Part shown: one piece after another, positions 21,995-30,881 of the stretch
Numbering within the stretch: position 1 is the stretch's first letter
Layout: every line of letters starts with the position of its first letter
From: Mycobacterium leprae TN
Lineage (GTDB): Bacteria > Actinomycetota > Actinomycetes > Mycobacteriales > Mycobacteriaceae
Reading direction: 5' to 3'
NCBI RefSeq assembly: GCF_000195855.1
Contig: NC_002677.1
Span: forward strand, 810,001 to 842,000
DNA: 32,000 nucleotides
Notes under the pieces: generated by a model
The model's input: only the letters and a program-made list of their open reading frames with translations
Told to the model about the DNA's origin: nothing
Databases searched by the model: none
Made by a program: the position numbers and the translations under genes

Positions 21995-22235
21995 CAATCC
22001 TTTTCAATGGAATTGAATACCTACATTCGGTGACGGCCAGCTCGGTGTTGATGTGTGCCAGCATGCTCTCGATGCCGGTATGGTAGCTTAGTTCGATCAC
22101 GTCAGCTTTGCTGAAGCGGGAGCGCAGTTCGGCGACTTGCTCGTAGGTAATTGAGCGCGGGTCGTTGGTTATTGCGATGGAAGCGCGTTCGTTGTCGGGG
22201 AAATACGCAGACGTTGCATGCATAGTTGTCCGTCC
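21995..22235 (-). pseudogene. Carboxymuconolactone decarboxylase / AhpD-like fragment
   Basis: 'SAYFPDNERASIAITNDPRSITYEQVAELRSRFSKADVIELSYHTGIESMLAHINTELAV' resembles the C-terminal half of CMD-family proteins often encoded beside ECF-41 sigma factors. No complete domain is present. Confidence 0.5.
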
Positions 22236-22899
22236 TTCAATCTCTTGACATTCAGGCCATCCAGGTACTGCAGCATAGCGCTGAAGTCGATACACCATAA
22301 GCAGCCTACGGGCCGGGTGGTCTAGTACATGGCCAACTTATGAACACTGGCTGGTGGCGCGCTATGCACGTTCTAGAAATTTTTCATGGATGTCGCCGGT
22401 CAGGGGCTAGGTTGGGATGGTGCGTATGGACGGCGAAAGATTCGGGCTCCTCGCCGGAGCGTTGTTTAACGATACGGTACATCAGTCGGATAACAAATTT
22501 TGCGTCTTTCAGGAATAACGGCTCGATGCGATTTTTTGTGTCATACCCATGAGACGAGACAGGAAGCCAAGATGTGACCTCGTCAACGCGATAACTGTAA
22601 AAAGAGTTAGATAACATGGTCCGAAGGCAATAATGTGATGGCACGTTCGCTCCATTTGTCAAATGAACAATGACTCAGATGACAGCTTTTGTTTCTATTT
22701 CAACGTGTTCGCTGTCGAGGTACTTAAGAGCTTCATCTTTACCTGTCCATCTTCCGAAAAGTATATCTATGAAACCGTTTTCGTCACTGATCGTCTTGGA
22801 GTTCCGTCGCCGCTTTCCGCGCTGGTGGCCGGCCGTGACTAAGTGTCTGCGAGTCGGCGTCCTGGTGTTCGACATTGGGTTCTTGAAAACTGTTCTTCT

Positions 22900-23510
22900 G
22901 GAATGAGATATCTCCAAAACCGGAGTTATGATCAACAGTCGTCTGGATGTTGTTCTGGTCAGCGAAAATATGAAATGGGAATATGTTGAGGACAACATCA
23001 CCTTAGACATGTTCGTTGCCCTGGCGCGACGGCTACGCTAAACTATCGATGAATTCACCAGTCGGTTCAGCCCTTACGGCTATCCGCAACAGACTGAAAT
23101 GCGAACGGCATAAAATATTCCCGTGCTTTGGCAGATCCAATGCCGTGGCTTCAACGGCTACGGACCGCCGGTGCCGCTGATAATCAGCGGCACCGGCAGC
23201 CGGATGCTGCAGCTCGCCGCCGAGCATGCCAGCGTCGTTAGCCTGGCCCGCATCTACCAAGTTCATGGCCAGGTCCCAGGGATGATGTGACTCGCCACTT
23301 CCGCTGAAATCGATGACTGCATTTCATACGTCCGCAAGTGCGTCGGTGACTGTGCCGATCAACTTGAACGGTACGCTTTGGTTCACGCTGTAGTGTCCAC
23401 TGGCGATCGCCACAGTGCAGCCGAAAAGATCTCCCAACAACACAGTAAACGGTATGACTCCAGAGGAGGTGTTGCAGCTGCCCGAGATTTACCTAGTTAC
23501 CGTCACACGG
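22900..23510 (+). pseudogene. LLM-class (F420/flavin-dependent) oxidoreductase pseudogene
   Basis: 'GPPVPLIISGTGSRMLQLAAEHASVVSLARI' followed by 'SAEIDDCISYVRKCVGD' and 'MTPEEVLQLPEIYLV' fits the C-terminal half of LLM oxidoreductases. The left boundary is a guess. Confidence 0.5.
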
Positions 23511-23871
23511 AATGGCCCAACACCTGTGCGCCGACCGCTACGGATTTACGAACTATGCCATCCCAACAGCCAAACATCCGGCCAAGAATCCGTTAATACA
23601 GAAACAGCTTGGTTTTCTCTTGCGTGTGGTCTGCTGACAACAGCACGACGTGGCCCCATCCTTTCGGGGATGTCACACTACCTTCTCGCCCGGGGTGGAC
23701 GGATGGGCTTGGTGACAGCACGTTATGGGTGCCAAATGGCTCAGCCTTAATTTGTCAGAATGACAGGTGACTTTCGAAATGCGATATCGCATCAGTGGAT
23801 CGTCTGGCGGTCGCGGCACGGTACTCCTGGGGGGTGAATGTTGCTGCAAGGGCTGCCAAGCACCAGCGCGG

Positions 23872-24666
23872 TTAGCGCGAGAACATTAGCGCGCGCTTGA
23901 CTTCTTGGATCGCTTTGGTCACCTCTATGTTGCGTGGGCAGGATTCGGTGCAGTTGAACGTGGTTCGGCACCGCCATACTCCGTCGACCTCGTTGAGGAG
24001 GGTCAGGCGTTCGCCGGCACCCTCATCGCGGCTGTCGAAAATGAAGCGATGCGCGTTGACGATCGCAGCGGGACCGTAGTAGGTGCCCTCGCTCCAGAAC
24101 ACCGGGCAGCTGGTGGTGCAGCATGCGCACAGGATACATTTGGTGGTGTCGTCGTAGCGAGCGCGGTCGGTCGGGCTTTGGATGCGCTCTCGGGTCGGCG
24201 GGTTGCCGCTGGTAATCAGGTAGGGTTTCACCGCGCGGTAGGCGTCGAAGAATGGTTCCATGTCGACCACCAGGTCCTTTTCCACCGGCAGCCCGCGGAT
24301 CGGTTCGACTGTGATGGTCAGGTTCTTGCCCGCTTTTTTTGGTAGTAGGTCGCGCATCAGTACCTTGCAGGCCAGCCGGTTGACGCCGTTAACCCGCATA
24401 GCATCAGAGCCGCACACCCCGTGCGCGCAGGATCTCCGGAAGGTGAGTGTGCCGTCCAGGTAACCCTTGATGTAGATCAGCAGGTTTAGCAGCCGGTCGG
24501 TGGGCAGGCAGGGCACCCGGAAGCTCTGCCAGCCACCGGTTTCCGCAAATGCATCGGGGTTGTCTGGGTTGAATCGTGCGATCTTCACGGTCACCATCAC
24601 CGCGTCATCCGAAATCGGCGGTCGGGGAGGTTCGAGCGACTTGACCTCGACAGGTTCAACGGCCAT
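23872..24666 (-). CDS. sdhB: Succinate dehydrogenase iron-sulfur subunit
   Basis: 264-aa ORF. Cys motifs CAHGVCGSDAM, CILCACCTTSCPVFW and CRTTFNCTESCPRNI. Stop/start adjacent to sdhA. Confidence 0.98.
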   Translation of the reverse strand: MAVEPVEVKSLEPPRPPISDDAVMVTVKIARFNPDNPDAFAETGGWQSFRVPCLPTDRLLNLLIYIKGYLDGTLTFRRSCAHGVCGSDAMRVNGVNRLACKVLMRDLLPKKAGKNLTITVEPIRGLPVEKDLVVDMEPFFDAYRAVKPYLITSGNPPTRERIQSPTDRARYDDTTKCILCACCTTSCPVFWSEGTYYGPAAIVNAHRFIFDSRDEGAGERLTLLNEVDGVWRCRTTFNCTESCPRNIEVTKAIQEVKRALMFSR

Positions 24667-26420
24667 CAGTACTTCCGTTCTTGGGGCTCGTAGCGAGTCT
24701 GCACGACGGGTTTGAAATCCAGCGCGATATCGCTGAGCAGATCGGTGCCTTGCTTGTACGCCATGGTGTGGCGCATGTAGTTGGTGTCATCCCGGTGCGG
24801 ATAGTCTTCGCGGGCATGCCCGCCACGGGATTCCTTGCGGTTCAGCGCGCCAACCACCGTGACTTCAGCCAGTTCCAGCAAAAAGCCCAGCTCGATGGCT
24901 TCCAACAAGTCGCTGTTGAAACTTTTTCCCTTGTCGTGCACGGTTATTCGGGAGTATCGCTCCTTGAGCGAATGAATATCGGTGAGCGCTTGCTTGAGTG
25001 TTTCTTCGGTACGAAACACCGCCGCATTGTTGTCCATCGTCTGTTGTAGCGCGCCACGAATATCGGCGACGCGCTCGTTGCCGTGCTCGGATAAGATGTT
25101 AGCTACCCAGCTGATGACCATCTCCGCTGGGTTCGGTGGCATATCGACGAAGTCGTTGGCTGAAGCATAACTGGCCGCTGCGATGCCGGACCGGCGACCG
25201 AAGACGTTGATGTCTAGCAGCGAGTTGGTGCCCAGCCGGTTGGCGCCGTGCACGGACACACATGCGCATTCGCCGGCCGCGTACAGGCCGGGGACGGTCG
25301 AGGTATTGTCCCGCAGCACCTGCCCGGTCACGGTGGTCGGGATCCCGCCCATCACGTAATGGCAGGTCGGATAGACTGGGACCAGCTCGTGGACCGGGTC
25401 CACACCCAAATAGGTGCGGGAGAATTCGGTGATATCGGGAAGTTTGGATTCTAGCACCTCCTCGCCGAGGTGACGGACATCGATGTAGACGTAGTCCTTA
25501 TGCGGGCCAGCGCCGCGGCCCTCCAGGACCTCGAGCACCATTGAGCGGGCCACGATGTCACGCGGAGCCAGGTCGACGATTGTCGGGGCATAGTGCTCCA
25601 TGAACCGTTCGTTCTCGCCGTTGAGCAGCCGTCCGCCTTCGCCGCGCACCGCCTCGGATATTAGGATGCCCAGCCCTGCCAGGCCTGTCGGGTGAAACTG
25701 ATGAAACTCCATGTCCTCCAAAGGAAGTCCCTTACGGAACACAATCCCGATGCCGTCTCCTGTCAGCGTGTGCGCATTGGAGGTGGTCTTGTACATTCGG
25801 CCCGAACCGCCGGTCGCGATCACGACGGCCTTGGTGTGGAAGACGTGAATATCGCCGGTCGCCAACTCGTAGGCCACTACCCCGGTGGTAACTGGGCCGC
25901 TCGGGGTTTGGGTCAGGACCAAGTCGAGTGCGTAGAACTCGTTGAAGAACTCCACGTCGTGCTTGACGCAGTTCTGGTAGAGCGTCTGCAGGATCATGTG
26001 GCCGGTGCGGTCGGCCGCGTAGCAGGCCCTGCGGACCGGCGCTTTGCCGTGGTCGCGAGTGTGACCGCCGAAGCGGCGCTGATCGATGCGGCCTTCGGGG
26101 GTACGATTGAATGGCATCCCCATCTTCTCTAGGTCGAGCACCGCGTCGATAGCTTCCTTGCACATAATCTCCACTGCGTCCTGGTCCGCAAGGTAGTCGC
26201 CACCCTTGACGGTGTCGAAGGCGTGCCATTCCCAGTTGTCATCTTCGACGTTAGCCAGCGCCGCGCACATGCCCCCTTGGGCGGCACCGGTGTGGCTGCG
26301 GGTCGGATAAAGTTTCGTCAAGACCGCGGTTCGCACTCGGGGGCCGGCTTCTACGGCTGCCCGCATTCCGGCACCGCCTGCGCCGACGATCACCACGTCG
26401 TATCGGTGTTGCTGGATCAA
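24666..26420 (-). CDS. sdhA: Succinate dehydrogenase flavoprotein subunit
   Basis: 584-aa ORF. VVIVGAGGAGMRAAVEA (FAD), TRSHTGAAQGGMCAAL (flavinylation His), HQFHPTGLAGLGILISEAVRGEGG, GLYAAGECACVSVHGANRLGTNSLLD. Confidence 0.99.
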   Translation of the reverse strand: MIQQHRYDVVIVGAGGAGMRAAVEAGPRVRTAVLTKLYPTRSHTGAAQGGMCAALANVEDDNWEWHAFDTVKGGDYLADQDAVEIMCKEAIDAVLDLEKMGMPFNRTPEGRIDQRRFGGHTRDHGKAPVRRACYAADRTGHMILQTLYQNCVKHDVEFFNEFYALDLVLTQTPSGPVTTGVVAYELATGDIHVFHTKAVVIATGGSGRMYKTTSNAHTLTGDGIGIVFRKGLPLEDMEFHQFHPTGLAGLGILISEAVRGEGGRLLNGENERFMEHYAPTIVDLAPRDIVARSMVLEVLEGRGAGPHKDYVYIDVRHLGEEVLESKLPDITEFSRTYLGVDPVHELVPVYPTCHYVMGGIPTTVTGQVLRDNTSTVPGLYAAGECACVSVHGANRLGTNSLLDINVFGRRSGIAAASYASANDFVDMPPNPAEMVISWVANILSEHGNERVADIRGALQQTMDNNAAVFRTEETLKQALTDIHSLKERYSRITVHDKGKSFNSDLLEAIELGFLLELAEVTVVGALNRKESRGGHAREDYPHRDDTNYMRHTMAYKQGTDLLSDIALDFKPVVQTRYEPQERKY

Positions 26421-26440
26421 AGCTTGCCTTTCGCAGACTT

Positions 26441-26932
26441 TCAGGAGATGTTGGGATCGAATGACAACAGCACGTAGCTGCCCAGCACCAGCGTGAACCC
26501 CATTGACAACAGCAGCAAGCTATTGAGCCAGAACCGCGTGTGGTCTTTGCGGCTGTAGTCGTCGATGATGTTGCGCAAGCCGTTGCCGCCGTGGACTTGC
26601 GCCAGCCACAGTAGTGCCAGGTCCCAGAATCGCCAGAACGGTGAAGACCAGCGCTGCGCCACAAAGTTGAAGTCGATGCGGTACACGCCGTTGTCCCACA
26701 TCAGCATGATGAATAAGTGCCCGAACGCCAGTACCACCAGCGCGACACCCGAGAACCGCATGAACAGCCAGGCGAACTTTTCGAAGTTGGGGATGCCGGC
26801 GCGTCGACGCGGTGAACGAGGGTTGTCTAAGCTTGCGGGGCGGTCGTAGCTGCGCTGCCGCACCGGGGCTAACTGGCCTTTTTGGCATGTAGGTTGAACT
26901 TGAGGTCTGAGCTGAAGATCGGAGTTGCTCAT
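26441..26932 (-). CDS. sdhD: Succinate dehydrogenase membrane anchor subunit
   Basis: ORF 26441..27031; the start at 26932 (ATGAGCAAT) overlaps the sdhC stop and gives 163 aa with TM segments and 'FGHLFIMLMWDNGVYRIDFNFVAQRW'. Confidence 0.94.
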   Translation of the reverse strand: MSNSDLQLRPQVQPTCQKGQLAPVRQRSYDRPASLDNPRSPRRRAGIPNFEKFAWLFMRFSGVALVVLAFGHLFIMLMWDNGVYRIDFNFVAQRWSSPFWRFWDLALLWLAQVHGGNGLRNIIDDYSRKDHTRFWLNSLLLLSMGFTLVLGSYVLLSFDPNIS

Positions 26933-27390
26933 CGGAAGTGCTCCCACATTCGGAAGTGTTCCCACATGTGTATGCCAATTACCACTCCGGCTGGGACCAA
27001 GAGCAGCAAGAAGATGACGCTGATGATCCACAGCATCAACCGCTGGTGGCGGGGGCCTTCAGACCAGAAGTCGATCAGGATGACCCGGATCCCGTTCAAC
27101 CCGTGGAATCCCACCGCGGCCACCAGGCCATACTCCATGAAGCCGACGATCGGGGCCTTGTAGGTAGAAAGCACCGCGTTGTAGGTCTGCGGGTTCACTC
27201 GCAACATCGCAGCGTCCAGTACGTGGACGAATAGGAAGAAGAAAATGGTCGCGCCGCTGATACGATGCAGCACCCACGACCACATACCGGGATCTCCCCG
27301 GTATGTGGTCGTGGGTGGTCGCCGTCTGCGCGATGATGCTGCTACTGGTCTCGATGTAGCCGGATTCGCGGGTGTCGCCGTTGTCCTCAC
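26929..27390 (-). CDS. sdhC: Succinate dehydrogenase cytochrome b556 subunit
   Basis: Core 'MWSWVLHRISGATIFFFLFVHVLDAAMLRVNPQTYNAVL...RLMLWIISVIFLLLLVPAGVVIGIHMWEHFRMWEHFR'. The start is either GTG 27390 (VRTTATPANP...TTTYRGDPGMWSW) or ATG 27285. Confidence 0.93.
   Translation of the reverse strand: MRTTATPANPATSRPVAASSRRRRPPTTTYRGDPGMWSWVLHRISGATIFFFLFVHVLDAAMLRVNPQTYNAVLSTYKAPIVGFMEYGLVAAVGFHGLNGIRVILIDFWSEGPRHQRLMLWIISVIFLLLLVPAGVVIGIHMWEHFRMWEHFR
26932..26967 (-). repeat. 18-bp in-frame tandem duplication at the 3' end of sdhC
   Basis: Minus strand ATGTGGGAACACTTCCGA followed by ATGTGGGAGCACTTCCGA (17/18 identical), encoding MWEHFR twice. Confidence 0.97.
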
Positions 27391-27678
27391 CTCATTCAAT
27401 ACCGCTATCAAAGTAGTTAGCCGGGTAATCGAGCTTAACGTGGCGAGAATGTGCACGGTACCAACAGGCTGATCCAGACCCGTGTGTGGAATATGTCTCA
27501 TATGTGTGGGTCTGTGTTCTGAGTGCGAGCTGGTTGCTCCCGGCGAACCGTTATTCAGCTCGCCTACCGAAACTACAGAATACCTCGGCCCAGCAATGGC
27601 GTAAAAGCTGTAGCGTGGTTGGAGCGTTGGTGACACACCGCCGGAGCCGTGATCGTTGATCATCGATAGAGTCGCCCG

Positions 27679-28767
27679 ATGAATACGCCATTGCACCTAG
27701 AAAACATCAAGCAAGCGCCGAAGGCCCTGCTGCATGACCACCTTGACGGTGGGCTGCGCCCAGCGACCGTGTTGGATATTGCCGGCCAGGTCGGCTATGA
27801 TAGGCTCCCCGCTACCGACGTTGAGTCGCTAGAGACATGGTTTCGCACTGCTTCGCACAGCGGCTCGTTGGAGCGCTACCTGGAGCCGTTTTCTCATACC
27901 GTGGCCGTGATGCAGACACCAGAGGCGTTGCACCGCGTCGCTTATGAGTGCGTGGAAGACCTCGCCGCTGATTCGGTGGTCTACGCCGAAGTCCGGTTCG
28001 CTCCGGAGCTGCACATCGACGAGGGGTTGTCGTTTGATGAGGTCCTCGCAAGCGTGCTGGCGGGTTTTGCTGACGGTGAAAGGGCTTGTGCCGCCGAGGG
28101 CAATGCCATCACAGTGCGCTGCTTGGTCACAGCGATGCGGCACGCGGCAATGTCGCGGGAGATCGCCGAGCTAGCGATCCGGTTCCGGGACAAAGGAGTC
28201 GTCGGATTCGACATCGCTGGTGCTGAGGCTGGGCACCCTCCGACTCGGCACCTCGACGCTTTTGAGTACATGCGTAGTAATAATGCGCGCTTCACTATTC
28301 ATGCGGGTGAGGCGTTCGGGCTGCCATCTATCCACGAGGCGATCGCGTTCTGCGGAGCTGACCGGCTGGGCCACGGGGTGCGGATCGTCGACGACATCGA
28401 CGTTGATCCTGGTGGTGGCATCCGGTTGGGTCCCCTGGCCTCGATCCTGCGGGACAAGCGAATACCGCTGGAGCTGTGCCCCAGCTCGAACCTGCAAACC
28501 GGCGCGGTGGCAAGCATCACCGAGCACCCGTTTGATCTGCTGGCCTGGGCACGTTTCCGGGTGACAGTCAACACCGACAACCGGCTTATGAGCGACACGT
28601 CGATGAGCCTGGAGATGCACCGCTTGGTGGAGGCGTTCGGCTACGGTTGGGGTGATCTCGAACGTTTCACCATCAATGCTATGAAGTCGGCGTTTATTCC
28701 GTTCGATCAACGGTTAGCAATAATCGATGAGGTTATCAAGCCTCGGTTCGCCGTGCTGGTCGGATAG
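27679..28767 (+). CDS. add: Adenosine deaminase
   Basis: 362-aa [15 protein letters not shown] (metal-binding HxH), [34 protein letters not shown]. Confidence 0.98.
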
Positions 28768-28837
28768 CGTTGGGGCAGAACGCTATTGGAGAACCGGAAG
28801 CTACGAGGTTTGGGGGCATGAACATTAATTGAATTGC

Positions 28838-29855
28838 CCTTCCTGGGATCGATGTTGCTCACGGGCTTTCAGCATGGATGGTTGTTCTTGTTCGTCGTGT
28901 TGGTAGTGGTGGGTGTGTATCTTGCTCTGCGGTTCACTCGGTGCCGGTAGGTTTTGCGATTCGCTGACGTGGACGTGCTGGTGCGTGTCGCGCCAAGCTG
29001 CTCCGGTCGGTGCTGGTACCTGCTGACGCTTCTGTTCGCCACGTCGTTGGTACTGCTGACGACGGCCATTGCGGGTCTGATATAACAATGTTTGGATTAG
29101 ACTTAACTGCGACTGCGCGTTCGTGATGTTGGTGATTGATGTCTAAGAGTCGATGACCGTTACCGATGTCGCGCCGAGTTGATTGGTCGCAGCGCAGCAG
29201 GCCGATAAGCAATTCACCGACGAGGTGACGCCGGCTATTAACTTTGGGCTGGTGGAGTTTGTGGCTACCGCTGCCCTGCTGGTTGCCTCAACGACGAACT
29301 GTGGCGCTGTGAAGGCGGCGATCGACAGCCTGCGAGCTGCTCCGAAAACCTCAACCGGGACCGCATCTCCGCCGCGTTGCAGACATAGTAGCCCCGGTCG
29401 GCACGGTGATGGGAGGCGGCGAAGGCCCGCTACATCGCGCGGATCGTCTTGGAGTCGGACGGCGCCGAAAACGAGCCCTTGGACCTCAACGGCCCTGCAG
29501 AGAACTTTCACCGCGGCGCGGACGATAATAAATCTGGGGGGTAGTGGCAGATATATTATTGACTGTCTCCTTCGGCATGTGCGACGGCTCCGTGTTGTAC
29601 AACGACGCCGTCATTCCGGTTCTGGTGGTCAATCAAACCCTGCAGAAGATCTGCGAGATCACCGACGGTCAAGTATTCCACGCCTACGATCTGGACTCGC
29701 TCAAGCAGGTCTATTCGACTCTGCAGCGGCAGATTGGCTATGACAACTGTGGTCGCGACGCAGCGCAGCCTGGATCTTGCTGGGTGCGGTCATCATGGTT
29801 GGCGCGGTACTGGCCGGCGTGTTCTGCAACCGCAGGCTGTCTGCCTGATCGATCA
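28838..29855 (+). pseudogene. VWFA-domain (Rv1481-like) membrane protein pseudogene
   Basis: Fragments in order: 'HGWLFLFVVLVVVGVYLALRFTRCR', 'VLRFADVDVLVRVAP', 'VMLVIDV*ESMTVTDVAPS*LVAAQQADKQFTDEVTPAINFGLVEFVATAALLVASTTNCGAVKAAIDSLRAAPKTSTGTA', 'LTVSFG', 'VVNQTLQKICEITDGQVFHAYDLDSLKQVYSTLQRQIGYD'. Two in-frame stops lie in or near the MIDAS motif, plus several frameshifts. Confidence 0.82.
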
Positions 29856-30881
29856 GGTCAGAAGTCGCCGGTTGATCAATGTCGCCCACCCGGTAGCGAT
29901 GATTGCTGTGATGATGTTGAGGCGCAGCCACCCGACACCGTGCGCGGTATCCGATCTCACCCCGGATGATGTCCTAGCTCCAATTGAGTTTGCTGATGTT
30001 TGTGGCACTTTAGGACTTACCTCCTGCCAGCCGGGCGATCGGAGCTATCTGCTCGGTTGATATTGGGCTAGCTACCAGTTGCTGGCCCAGCGTGCTGATG
30101 CCGCCCTGCGTTCCGAACGCAAGAGTTGAGATGGTCACCCCCTGATCTTTGGCTTGGCGTGCCGCAGTCTATCCACTGTAGTGGAGATCCTTGGGATCTG
30201 ATGGCTTGTTTTCCCGCCATCGACAGGAGTATGGTCCAGGAAGGCTGCGCGGAGGATATCTCCACCGGTTACGCTCGAGGCTTTGATTGCATGCAGTGTG
30301 GTCAAGATTGCCTCACCGGTCTCAGTGCCGTGGTCAAACTGTGAAGTTCTGCAACCTGTCAATGGTTGCATAGTGCCGCGGGGTCGGGGTATAACCAGGT
30401 GGGGCGTTCCCATGAAGCCAACCAGGCCCGAGATGATGCCTGGTGTCAGGCCTACTAGCGAACTGTGTGGTCGCTTTAAGCCGTTTGAGGTTGACGTCGG
30501 TTAGCCTGTATCGACTATGACATGTCGATGGTCACTATGACGACGGCGCGGCTGCGTGGCATATGCATGTCGTGGGTGGGTGTAGCCAGCGCCACCGGTA
30601 AGCAGGGTCGGGCATAGCAACTATACCATGATGGGAAGGTGCCGGCACGGCGACCTATGGTACCGATGCTTCGGTGAACCGGCTTAGGCGTCGTCCGCGT
30701 CGTTACTGTACGACGACATCGGCGAGTAGGGTCAGCGGCACTAAGCCGAACAGGAACGTGCCCGGTCGTTGGAACTCAAACAGCGGTAGCGGTCTGATGT
30801 TAGGAAGTGACATTAGGTTAACTTTCTCGTCTGCCGGCGGGTAACCGCCGACAGACTCGCTGCGTCAGCAGAACGCAACCT

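Noticed and set aside
25692-26229. Plus- and minus-strand ORFs of 146 and 165 aa inside sdhA
   Set aside because: Alternative frames of the sdhA coding sequence; sdhA is strongly supported.
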